Assembly (NCBI GenBank): GCA_051362555.1
Contig: CM120644.1
Span: forward strand, 10,250,067-10,314,066
Source of the DNA: Lingula anatina
Taxonomy: Eukaryota; Animalia; Brachiopoda
Direction of reading: 5' to 3'
Length of the DNA: 64,000 nucleotides
Shown here in pieces: positions 13,230 to 25,011 of this stretch. A program made the translations under genes and the position numbers. Each line of letters starts with the position of its first letter. Within the stretch, counting starts at the first letter, position 1. The notes beneath the pieces are model-generated. The model worked only from the letters and a program-made list of their open reading frames with translations. It was not told where the DNA came from and did not search any database.

Positions 13230-13375
13230 TTATCTCTGCCCACCTCGCTTCATATCAGTGAATCCAATCCCAGGACATTCGCACTTTTATCTACAACTTT
13301 TTAGCCCTCGGCATTGGTTGCGGTGCTATGCTAATTCGCTGTCACGTGAAGAAATGCGTCATTTTTAGCCAATTC
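13230..13375 (-). promoter_or_regulatory. Putative 5' UTR/promoter of gene A: 7-codon uORF (13253-13230), CCAAT boxes, TCACGTGA E-box
   Basis: ATG AAG CGA GGT GGG CAG AGA TAA ends 5 nt before the main ATG. CCAAT near 13313-13317 (minus) and near 13369 (plus); gtcacgtga near 13341-13349. Motif matches only. Confidence 0.4.
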
Positions 13376-13539
13376 TGTATTCATTAGCTGCAGCTTTCAG
13401 TTAACAATGGTGTTTTTGTTTGGGATGGGTTGAATTTAAAGGCTTTTTACATTAAAGATGTTGCTATGCTTACGTTTCATTTTGGGTTTAAATCAGTTTG
13501 AGCACAAATGCCCTTACATGTAATCAATCCCAACACAGG

Positions 13540-13710
13540 CAGGCCCGTAGCCAGCAATTACAAAGGGGGGGGGGCTTTTTTCTGAAAAAGTGGACCTTTT
13601 ACCATATAATCCCCATGTACCTAGGTCAAATTTTACCCAGAGTGGACCTTTTTCCAGCAAAAAGGGAGGGTTCTTTCGAACCCCCCGAATCCCCCCTGGC
13701 TACGGGCCCG
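13540..13710. mobile_element. MITE (171 bp) with apparent 5-bp target-site duplication
   Basis: TIRs caggcccgtagccag / ctggctacgggcccg; acagg on both flanks (13535-13539, 13711-13715). Confidence 0.75.
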
Positions 13711-14917
13711 ACAGGTGACCAGGTAATAAAGAATATGCATGTGCAGTAGAGAAAATGCTAGTAAGTCATAGCATCAGAAATAATGATCAAGAGAGAAAAT
13801 ACCTTAAGGTGCCGTAATTATGTTCACTTTAGTACATTGTAGTAAGAAAACTGTTTGAATTTTCTATTAGCCATTGGATTTTTTACTTAGAAAGAGACGT
13901 GTGTAAAGCTATAGAAATACAACATACACGTATATGGGTTTATTTGAACGTGATCTCGATCGTTGTCATTGCTCCCGGAAATTCGTGATTTATCTGACAC
14001 TATTTTAATATTTTAATTAAAATTATTCTTAGTTTTTTGGCTAAGGGTCACTTAATAATGGTACTTAGAAACACTACATTTCCGCAGACTAGTTTTGAAC
14101 TGTTTCTCGGACAATGTTTTTATAAAGTCATTAAAAATTTTCGTAATTTCGAGGTTAAATATTTGTTTTATTTATGAAGTAGAAGGATTGTACATATTTA
14201 AAATCTTGACTTTGTAAGTATCAGAAACTGTTAATATTTTATGCAATTCGTTATCATCCTCGACGCGTACTTAACAGCTAACTTGATATCTATGGCATAC
14301 CCTTATCAAGTATACACTTGGTGTTAATTGGGTTTGTAACTGTTTGTATCGTTATTTATAGTCTACTCAGTGTAATTGATATGTAGTTTGAATAAGATTA
14401 AATTAGATTTATAAAAAGTTTAACATTTAAAATCATAATATTAAAATCGATCTACACCACTACGTGTTGTTGAAGAAGTTTACTGAATAATGGTGTTCAA
14501 TCTCATTTGTGTTTTTGAGTTTTAATTGTAATTGTTATATTTTCAGTCTTTTATGCACGGAAATATTTCCACGAAAATGGAAATATTATCAGTCAAATGA
14601 TAATAAAGAGGGCAATTTCTCCCCTTTGAGCTCGCACGACAGTTAATTACCCCCTTACAGCTTTTAGTAGGCGGGACAGAGGCTTAAGCCAGCTAAACTG
14701 ACAGTAATCTAGTGAGATTCTCCACAGGGATAGATCGATCTAAAATCTGTGGGAATGGGATAAGAAAGGGATAAGTTAGCTTGAGAAATGTCATTTGAAC
14801 CCACCGAAACCTATCCCTGCCTATCGGGCTGCCTGCAAAGGGTTAATGCGGAATCCAAAAATACACTTAAAATCATAATAGGGAACTATAAACTCCTCTT
14901 CCAAACAGTGATATATA

Positions 14918-15770
14918 TACTGAACAAAAATATAAACGCACGAAATAAAACTAAAATGGTCAGTTGAAATGGATAATCATAAAATATGCCCAGGTTGATG
15001 GTTTATTTGTGAACTGATGGATCTGTTTTGATCAATTATAGTGGTCTGGTTTCACTTGGCCGCTCCCCGTGAGTATACTCAAAGGTTAAGTTTATACACC
15101 AATAAGATTAATGGAGCATGACGGAGTAGAGGTCAATCTGCAAGACCAATACTCGGACACTCTCTACCGCCTAGGCAATAAAAGGGCACACAAAAATGTG
15201 TATTTCTGCCACTTGTCAACATGCCACAGATGTCTGGAACCATGAGGGAGCAGGTCATCAGCATGCTCAATGCTGGCTTCTCAGTAACAGAAGTTGCAGC
15301 ATGCCTGAATGTGCATCATTCCACTGTCAGCCGTCTGGGAACACGCTTCAGAGACACTGGTAGCATTAGGAACCACCCTCATGCACCATGTCGCCCTACA
15401 AACACCTGTGGAATGTTCTGGATCAGAGTTTTCAGCCATCATGTTCCAGCTCTCGAAAATGTTCGCCAACTGCAAGAAGCACTCCAGGAGGAATGGGATA
15501 ATATCCCTTAGGCCTCTATTGACAATTTAGTGATGTCCATGCGCCGCTGGTGTACTGCTCTGCACAAATTTAATGGTGTCTGTGAACTCAGGATGTTGAC
15601 CCCCATGGTGTATTTTATGCCCTAACTCTTGGACTATGCATTTAAACTTCCCCTAATGCTCTCAAAGTGATGTCTATTTGTCGAATAAAATATGCTGTTA
15701 TTTTTTGGCTAAATACTCTAGTTCCATATATGAAAATAAATCTACATATTCTTTCGTGCGTTTATACAGT
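14918..15770 (+). mobile_element. Internally deleted Tc1-like transposon
   Basis: Left end tactgaacaaaaatataaacgcacgaaa; partial inverted copy tttcgtgcgtttata at the right. ORF 15221 joins the N-terminal HTH (VAACLNVHHSTVSRL..RFRDTGS) directly to the C-terminal LQEALQEEWDNIP, so the DDE core is missing. Confidence 0.8.
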
Positions 15771-15959
15771 GCCGCCTGAAATTCCCCTCACCAAATGGCC
15801 ACATGGTCTCCAAACCCTGCCCCGTATGATCGAACAATACAGGCCACATGATAATTACAGGGTAGGGGAATCCTCAAGTATTCCTTATCGGACACCCAAA
15901 TTAGTTGGTTCAACGAACACGGTTTTTCCCTCTTCTTAATTGCCTAACTTAAGGTTTCT

Positions 15960-16763
15960 ATTATAACTGACATATAAATGATTTCGATGCTGAATTTCTC
16001 GAACAAAGTCTAGAATACAGAAGAACTATGGAGGGTGTAATGTCTGACCCCTTGTTTAATCCTAATTACAGCATAAATGGCACTATTGAAAAACAAGAGG
16101 TTAGCGCAGCAGTAGCTAAGGCAAAGCAAAAGAAAGCTACGGGAGTAGATAATATCCCCAATGAAATTTTGAAAAACGAAACTATTATTAATTTATTAAC
16201 ATCACTGTTCAATTTCATATTTGACACGGCATTATTACCCAATATGTGGAGAAAGGCAATTATAATACCAATACCGAAGGACAGTAAACTAGATCCAAGA
16301 ATACCGCTGAATTATAGAGGAATAAGTTTATTGTGTACCATATCAAAAATATTCAGCTCGGTTATAATCAAAAGAATATTAGCGTATTTTGAGAACAATG
16401 ACTTACTGGTAGAAGAACAAAATGGCTTTAGAAAAAACAGGTCTTGTGAAGACCACATCTTTGTGTTAAACTCTATTGTTAAGAACAGAATGGAGGAGGG
16501 TAAAGACACGTTTGTAACTTTCATCGATCTGATGAAAGCTTTTGATTTTTTAAATAGAGATTTACTACTCCTCAAACTGATAAATATTGGCATTAACGGG
16601 CCTATGTATGCTGTGCTGAAATCTATGTACGCACTAACAGAGTCATGTGTAAATCTCAATGGAAACAATACAAACTGGTTTGAAACGATGGCTGGTGTTA
16701 GACAAGGTGACAACCTATCACCTACCTTATTTGCACTATTCATAAAATGATCTAGCTCAGGAT
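15960..16763 (+). mobile_element. Non-LTR retrotransposon (LINE) reverse transcriptase fragment, 5' part
   Basis: Motifs KATGVDNI, NYRGISLL, QNGFR, DLMKAFD, GVRQGDNLSPTLF; +1 frameshift near 16745 (restored reading FINDLAQD). Confidence 0.9.
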
Positions 16764-19115
16764 CAAGGAGTTATAGGATAACCTGCATACAACCGTAGCA
16801 CGACTCACTTGAAACAATCAGAATGAAGTAACATCAAGGAGACCCTTGACGTCCGGGCACTCCTTACTTATATTCAGATTAATCTCTGGATCAAACATAA
16901 GTCTGTCTACACAGCAACCTACCATGTACCCTGAAACGAAAATGCACCGTGATACTCTGAGACAAAGGAGGGAACGCAACCAATGGCCAAAACAACGACA
17001 ACTGGAGTCAAAGAAGTGGCACACTACAGGACTACCAAAGAGCATAATCCCTAAACGCCCAGCACCCCTGACCGCGCCGCAAAACTCAAATAATCCCCAC
17101 CGTGAAGAGGTGAGGGAAGCGAAGCAGTACGCGGCCGGCTGCCAAGAGTGGGCCGAGCACATCACGAAACAATTAACCAGGGGGGAGTCATAACGTCCGG
17201 GCCAGAGTTGACGTTAAGGGCTGTCCTGACTATGAAGTCCTTCTTACCCAGCTCATCGAGATACAAGAAAAGGCCTCAACCCAAATCAAAGAGACAATAG
17301 AACACCACATCGCTACTATCGTCGAGAATGCGAAGGGGAAACTAGCGGAGGCCTCGGCCCGGGAATCCCAGGCGGAAGCCTTCTACATGGTCCATGGTAC
17401 ATATGAAATGCGGGAATTAAACCAACCACCACCCACCCCTGACTCCCCTCTTATAGAACAAGTACGTGACCTGCTCCTGAAGATGAAGACGAAGAAGAAA
17501 AGAGCCGTCATCTCCACTAAAGCGAAACAAAAGACAACCGCCACCCTTAAACGACTCTGAGAAGAAGACCCATTACAAAACAACAGCCCTTTTCAGGGCT
17601 ACACATATGATCAGGAAAAGCTATACCTTAATGTTCTAATGCTAAATAAAGCAAGAAATAAAGAACACCCTCTTGTCACACACCTTAAGCGAGAAATCTC
17701 AACTTCTACTCTCAGGAGAAATAATATCTTTCCTTAATCCCTACACCACCCAAGGGCAAATTAACCCCCCCCCCCCCAGAAAAAGACACGGGGAAATGAA
17801 CTCAACAAATCTAAAAGGGCAACAGAAATGCTCAAATCGCTCCAAACATGGATGTCTCTACTGAAACGCACACACGTTACTATCCACTATACCGTTTTTC
17901 TTAAAAACCTGTTTCAAAGAAACGAGATCTTAAAACGCACATAACAAGCCGTCTGGTCGTAAACGTATCTTACAGAGGCAACCCTCCTAGAACACTACTT
18001 CTAGATCTAGGTGTCCGCCAGACAACCTCACACCTCAATCCCTTATTACAGAATGGACACTATCCAATCAGAAGAGGCCATGTCTGTCAACCAATCAACG
18101 GACACTAGGGGCTATTTAGAGGCCGGGAAGCCACCTGCACAGACAGTTCTCACTCGACTATTAAGCAATCAACACGTCGCGGTCAGAACCCACTAGCTCA
18201 CAATAGTGACCACAGACCAAGCAGGTGACTGTCCTCACCACTTCTACTGTGCCGCTATCTGTAAGCACCACAGCCACAAAAGCGAGACACTTTTGTGTAA
18301 CTACGGAAATCGTCACAAGCGAAACCTTGTGCACGCATTCCTCACGGTGATCTGCCAAGCAGACACACACACAAAGGCGAGACACCTTTGTCAGGACGAG
18401 ACGTCCTAGCACATTTGTGCACCTTGCTTTACATAAGCAGCTACACACAAAGGCGAGACACCTTTGTCGGGACAAGACGTCCTAGCACACTTGTGCACCT
18501 TACTCTGCATAAGCAGTCACATACAAAGGCGAGAAACCTTTGCGGAGAAAGTCCTACAATACCAGGACGAACACTCCATCCTGTGATAACCATAAGGTTA
18601 TACACAGTACTGACCACCCCTCCCAACCCCCCCCCTTTTTTAGGACTCTGCAGCTGATGAAGGTCACTTGTTGACCGAAAAGAGCTTTCTGCAACCAGTC
18701 CAACCTCCCACCACTTTTTTCTGTTCCCCCGCCGCACTGTGCGTAGTTCGTACAATCGGCTCTTCAGGTCAATCACATACAGAGGCGAGACACCTCTCTC
18801 ACATCTTACTGAAGTGAAAAAACAGGCCGATAACTTTGAACACGGCATTTTATTACATAATTCGAATCAGAATTATAGTACAGACACGTTCTATCACAGC
18901 TTTCATCTCTTCAGTAATACGTGATCACTAATTAAAGGGACTTTTATACAGCAACTCTAACGTCCAAAAAGCAATCTCTGAGCTTTGAACCAGGGGCGCT
19001 GTCAAAACACACGTCCCCAGGGGCCCAGTCCTGGGTCGTGTTATTTTGATAAGAGTTAGTGTAACTAAGACATGAGCCGGCCACCCCCAAATAAACAATC
19101 TGTTATAACTCCTTG
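16764..19115. mobile_element. 2.35-kb non-autonomous TIR DNA transposon (P- or hAT-type ends) inserted in the LINE
   Basis: Perfect 12-bp TIRs caaggagttata / tataactccttg; 8-bp TSD ctcaggat at 16756-16763 and 19116-19123. Confidence 0.85.
18649..18693 (+). ncRNA. Putative minimal type I hammerhead ribozyme (Penelope-like element type)
   Basis: tgcag-CTGATGA-a-ggtca(cttgt)tgacc-GAAA-agagct-T-T-ctgca: stem I tgcag/ctgca, stem II ggtca/tgacc, conserved core boxes, very short stem III. Confidence 0.55.
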
Positions 19116-19237
19116 CTCAGGATATAAAAGCACTTGGAAAAGGGGTAATGGTAGGTGACATTAGACTAGATATATTGTTGTACGCAGACGACATTGCTAT
19201 ATTCAGTGAAACGCCGGATGATATGAACATCATTATG
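19116..19237 (+). mobile_element. LINE reverse transcriptase fragment, continuation with catalytic YADD
   Basis: Translates QDIKALGKGVMVGDIRLDILLYADDIAIFSETPDDMNIIM, continuing the 15960-16763 fragment across the TSD. Confidence 0.85.
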
Positions 19238-19241
19238 TGAT

Positions 19242-19490
19242 AGATACAATACGAGTCGCCGAGCTGTACGTGAAATATTACGAGTGTATTGGCGAGCCGC
19301 AGGCGAGACAATACACGAGTAAATTTCACGTACAGCTCGGTGACGAGTGTTGTATCTGGCTTAAACCACGGCCTCTGATTGGCTACTACACTAGTAGTGC
19401 AACAGACCGTGGAACGCACTCGTACATGACGTGCTTGTATGTCGAATACAGCGGCCGAGTCTTTTGTTCTACGCGCTAGCCGTGGTTAAA
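19242..19490 (+). repeat. 116-nt imperfect hairpin (19242-19357) followed by a short inverted-repeat pair; probable non-autonomous element
   Basis: Arms pair around a GCA loop at 19299-19301; then aaccacggc (~19364) / gccgtggtt (~19479). Confidence 0.7.
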
Positions 19491-19949
19491 GAATATTATT
19501 TATTGTTTCTATTTTTTTCTTGATCATTAATACATTAAAATAATATAAATTAAATAGTGACTTATAAGCCCACTGGGGCTGGGTGCAAAAAGAAAAAAAT
19601 GTATCTGTATTACTTGCATTATAGCACAGGTCACTTAAATAAACAAACAAACCTATAGCTGATGCAAAGGAGATTGCTATCGACGCGAGCAAACAATACC
19701 GGGTTATGTTATATCAACTGCAACAGAAGACTAGAGTAAAGGCAGGTCGAATATGAGAACAAAACTCTAAAGAACAAATCAGGCTTGGTTTTAAAACACG
19801 TATAACAATTTTATTTGAAGTTCACTTGATGATAATAAGTCACGATCAACACAAGCGTAGTTAAAATGGAAAATTTTAAATAGCTAATACATCAAATATC
19901 AATGTCTTATTATCTTTATTACGTGTTGCTAGTTTAGTAGCCTGATGAC

Positions 19950-20400
19950 TTCTCTCTCAATTACCGCTGGAATCACCTTCTTTAGGTGATTAATATATTT
20001 ATTACACTTTTCTGCGTTAATATTTTCCCATGCCTCTCTAATGCCTTCAACAAGTTGTTCTCTCGTGGAAGGCTTAACACGCGTACACAGGTAATGTTTT
20101 ATTTCAGCCCATACGTTTTCAATAGGATTAATGTCGGGGCTTTCTGGAGGGGTGCGAAACCAATTAATACCATGTTGCTCAATAAAATTACCTGTTCGCT
20201 CAAAGAGACGTGTTTTTAGTTATGAGGCCACCAATTCATCATTCTTGGTCATCTCCTCGTCTATAACGTTCATGTGGCGCAGGTCAACCTTTGAAGGACG
20301 TCCACTGCGTGTCTTATCGGCAATACCAAACCCTTCGTCGTATTTCTTCAACACATAGTAATGCCTTGTCGCGACATATTATGGCCTTAATTTTCAGTGA
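19950..20400 (-). mobile_element. Tc1/mariner transposase relic (internally deleted)
   Basis: Minus strand reads PPESPDINPIENVW near 20110-20152 and an N-terminal DKTRSGRPSKVD segment near 20285-20320. Boundaries approximate. Confidence 0.7.
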
Positions 20401-20929
20401 CATAAACATGTCATATTATACAAAATACTTACTGGCCATTTAGGAAGTCAAGATACACACTAATGACACGTGCCATATGATTGAGAATTAGGTAAAATTG
20501 AATAGTTTGGATTGAAGAGCGTCATCGCAATGTTACCATTAATTTTAGACGACGCGTGTCACACAGTAGTGCTTATGTAATAGTCAGAGCTTAATCACTG
20601 TGTTCACCCGACATGAATAAAGCTAACCTGAACTGATTGTTAATTAATGTGAGATGACACGTACCATACAGTGAAGTAAGCCCGAGATATTGTTATCCAG
20701 CTTTTATATATATTCTCTGCTGCTTTTAATTGTGAAGAAGGTTTTTGGTTAAGGTTGGAGTTTAGATCGTAAAGACGAACTATTCCTATGAGCGGAGTTA
20801 ATATCAAAGAATGAAAGAGAAACAGTTGTATCAAAATTTGGGCTAAAGTCTTTAATAATATTTACGCCGGTCACGTACGCACTTCCTACTTGGTGTGATA
20901 CGGTCTTTCGGCCGGCCACCATTCGCCTT

Positions 20930-21137
20930 GTCAAATAAAGACATTTTTGATATTCGACAACGGGCCAGTTCCCCAGGCAACTTTTGCGTTCAGTTAATGG
21001 GGAGATTGTTTACTGTTGATGAACCAATACAAAAGGACAGAAATGTTGCGGGTGTAGATGGGAGAGATCCTATATGCAAATATAGACTGAATTATATTAA
21101 AGATGGCCTACAAAATGTTTATTACTCAAACATCTGA
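20930..21137 (+). pseudogene. Possible BEN-domain-like coding fragment, probably transposon-derived
   Basis: SSPGNFCVQLMGRLFTVDE...RNVAGVDGRDPI resembles the BEN pattern NF..L...LF..eE...N..G; judged by eye only. Confidence 0.35.
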
Positions 21138-22033
21138 CAAGTCTTTTTGGAAAAAAATGCATTTCATCCATGAACTAAGCTAATAGAGATATAAGGACAT
21201 ACTATAAAAATAAATTTCAATCTTGTTAATAATATGTATATAGTAAAGTCGGTTTGAAGCCTAATAAATATTATGTGCAAGTAGTGTTTTATTTGATCTT
21301 TTATAAATTCATAAATACATTTATTAAACTCTATTTTAATTCAATCAATTCATAGCTACAATGTACACGAAAGTTGCTTTCATCACCGAATCTTTTTGGT
21401 AAAGTGACTTTTAAAAATCACTGTTGGCGAGTTCTTATACTTAAAATCTCCGTATCAGAGTAGAGTGATCAAAGTATAGTGAAGCCGCCGCGCATTAAAG
21501 GTCAATTAACGCTCGGACGAACACTTTAAAATTGCGACCACGCTCAGCTTCGATCTTTATCTCAGCGAGCTAGGGTTTGGCTCTTTTGTTAGCAGAAAGT
21601 TTGTCACAATAATTACCCGACGGGCAGGGCATGGTACTATTGTTAACAAAAACCAAACAGCGTATGGATGACAATGTTATTTCCATAGTTACCGAGCCAG
21701 GCCGTCCGTACAACTCGCAGCGACCCGGAGGGTAAGTAAGGGGAATTTGTTCAGTATATATATAAGGCAACAGCAATGCAGATGATTGGAAATGGGCTTT
21801 TTGTGATGCAAACGATATAAATTTTAATGTAACTTAAAGAAAAAAAATATAGTGCCTAAAATTAAGTAGATGGATCGGCAACTTTCTTACTTTTCATTTA
21901 AAGTCAGTTATCAGAAAAATCAATATGTAGATAATCCACTCAAACAACCAAGTCAGTTACAGGTATCCAAAACTAAAGAATAGGCGTTGTTTGTCCAAGA
22001 AGCCGGTCACGTATAGTGTAATTTGAATCCAGG

Positions 22034-24520
22034 TTATTGTACCACCAGCGTTAGCGCTGGCGGTACACATGGTTTTAGTCCCGTCCGGTCCGTTCCGCCG
22101 GCTCCGCCGCCATGTTACCGTTACCGCTTCTTCTCCTAGACGGTAAGGGCCCCCATACCCATCTCTTGGATTTAGGTCACCTATAATCTCAACTCGTTCC
22201 ACTTAAAATTTGGGCTTTGTCGGTATTGGGGTCTAGGTGTGGCATTCATTGCAATGCACCCTTGTCCAAAAATGGCAAAATTAAATGCTATTTATCTACC
22301 CTACGGAAGGAATTATGGGAAAAATTTCTACAGACGGCTTTCCAAAAGTCATATGTGCAGATTTTAAATATGCCCTTGGATTTGACCTTTGACCTTTATT
22401 TCAAGGTCAAACAGGCCAAATTTTTCAAAAAAATGAATTTTTTTACGAAAAAAAAATTATTTGCGCAGACTTAACCAATAATATTATTGGAAAATGATAC
22501 CCTTCAGGTCATCTTTCATCTCCGTGAATTTGGGGTCAATCGGTGCATTTTAACGGGAGTAGCGGCCATAAGATACCGAAACTGAAAACTGTCTCTAATT
22601 CGGGAACCGTTAATGCTAGAGACCCATTCTTTTTTGCATTTTGTAGAGCATGTAAAGCCCAACACTGGAAGTGGTCTCCGTTTTTTTGTATTTCATACGG
22701 TTTTCGAGCTACGCTGTATCAAAAAGTACATATTGGTGGTGAAAGCAAAATGTGCAGTACGGTAATGGATAATAAATTTTGAACTCTGGAAAAATAAAAC
22801 ATAAGGCTTGGCAAAGCAGACAACTTATGGTCAAAAATGACATTATTTCATCAAATTTGAACTTCTGGAACTTCAGAGCACCTCCCATTTCAAGAATTTC
22901 GACCAAAATGACATTTTCTTTATTTTAATTAATTTTTTCTGTAGGAAATTTATGGCACATTAAGGTAACTCCAAAATTATAACATTTAGTCCCTTATATC
23001 TCCAAAACTGGCAGAGATAGGTCCATAGTTACTATTGAACTTGAATAGGAAGTCATATACTGGCAATCTAAATGTGACCTTGAAATTGACCTTTGACCTA
23101 CTTTTCACCATGAATTGAACTTTGCAAATTTTGCTTCCCTTTTATCTCCAAAACTGGCAGAGATAGGTCCATAGTTTCTATTGAACTTGAATATGAAGTC
23201 ATATACTGGCAATCTAAATGTGACCTTGAAATTGACCTTTGACCTACTTTTCACCATGAACTGAACTTTGCAAATTTTGCTTCCCTTTTATCTCCAGAAC
23301 TGGCAGAGATAGGTCCATAGTTACTATTGAACTTGAATAGGAAGTCATATACTGGCAATCTAAATGTGACCTTGAAATTGACCTTTGACCTACTTTTTAT
23401 CATGAATTGAACTTTGCAAATTTTGGTTCCCTTTTATCTCCAAAACTGGCAGAGATAGGTCCATAATTACTATTGAACTTGAATAGGAAGTCATATACTG
23501 ACAATCTTACTGTGACCTTGAAATTGACCTTTGACCTACTTTTCACCATGAACTGAACTTTGCAAATTTTGCTTCCCTTTTATCTCCAAAACTGGCAGAG
23601 ATAGGTCCATAGTTTTTATTGAACTTGAATAGGAAGTCATATACTGGCACATATTGGTGGTGAAAGCAAAATGTGCAGTACTGTAATGGATAATAAATTT
23701 TGAACTCCGGAAAAATAAAACATAAGGCTTGGCAAAGCAGACAACTTGTGGTCAAAAATGACATTATTTCATCAAATTTGAACATCTGGAACTTCAGTGC
23801 ACCTCTTATTTCAAGAATTTTGACCAAAATGACGGTTTCTTTATTTTAATTAATTTTTTCTGTAGGAAATTTATGGCACATTATGGTAACTCCAAAATTA
23901 AAACATTTAGTCCCTTATATCTCCAAAACTGGCAGAGATAGGTCCATAGTTACTATTGAAGTTGAATAGGAAGTCATATACTGGCAATTTTACTGTGACC
24001 TTGAAATTGACCTTTGACCTACTTTTCACCATGAACTGAACTTTGCATATTTTTCTTCCCTTTTATCTACAAAACTGGCAGAGATAGGTCCATAGGTACT
24101 ATTGAACTTGAATAGGAAGTCAGAGATAGGTCCATAGTTTCTATTGAACTTGCATGGAAAGTCATATACTGGCAATCTAAGTGTGACCTTGAAATTTACC
24201 TTTGACCTACTTTTTATCATGAATTGAACTTTGCAAATTTTGGTTCCCTTTTATCTCCAAAACTGGCAGAGATAGGTCCATAGTTTCTATTGAACTTGCT
24301 TGGAAAGTCATATACTGGCAATCTAAATGTGACCTTGAAATTGACCTTTGACCTACTTTTTATCATGAATTGAACTTTGCAAATTTTGGTTCCCTTTTAT
24401 CTCCAAAACTGGCAGAGATAGGTCCATAGTTACCATTAAAGTTGAATAGGAAGTCATATACTGGCAATTTACTGTGACCTTGAAATTGACCTTTGACCTA
24501 CCTTATGATGAACTTAACTT
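22034..24520. mobile_element. Helentron/HINE-like element with internal 146-bp satellite
   Basis: 5' palindrome tgtaccaccagcg-tta(g)-cgctggcggtaca, gtcc-type short repeats, then 146-bp units (starts 22998, 23144, 23290...) with tgaccttgaaattgacctttgacct. A block is duplicated at a ~921-bp offset (22728 and 23649). Confidence 0.65.
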
Positions 24521-24613
24521 TGATTGTACCATTTTAAGTTATATATATTTAATTTAAGCATTTTTGATGGCTACCCATCATGTAACCAAACATCCAGAGT
24601 AAAGTCACTTCTA

Positions 24614-24763
24614 TTAAGGCGCTGTTACTTGACAAATGACATTTCCGCTGGCGTCGCATTTTTGTTCTTTCCACCTAAGAAGAGGGAGAGTGAAACCAGC
24701 TAGGCAGGTGCAGGTGAAACTGCCCACGGTGTTGGCGCATGTAGCATTCTCAGCGCAATCATC
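24614..24763 (-). pseudogene. Chimeric relic: partial cbEGF repeat fused in frame to a C-type lectin C-terminus
   Basis: DDCAENATCANTVGSFTCTCLAGFT (24763-24690) joined to LPLLRWKEQKCDASGNVICQVTAP* (24689-24614). Confidence 0.85.
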
Positions 24764-25011
24764 ATCATTAGTGTAGTGCCAGAGCAGGGTGAGAACGGCC
24801 CGGCCCGGCCCGGTAAGCGAGAGGACCCGGCTTCGGGCCCTGGTCCGGCAGGTGAATTTTACTCTCTCCAAAAATGCGCTACAATGTGCTGCTTTGGACA
24901 GATAACCGCCGCCAGCCTTTCGTTTAATTGAAAAAAGGTGATATCTCCATGCCCAATATCAATGGCATACCAATCGAAAACGACGACACCCTTTCTCTTT
25001 TTGACTATTAA

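Noticed and set aside
16028-16750. RT ORF as a retron, DGR or other functional RT system diversifying the repeats
   Set aside because: Ordinary non-LTR RT motifs, frameshifted and split from its YADD by a transposon insertion. Array variants are not adenine-specific.
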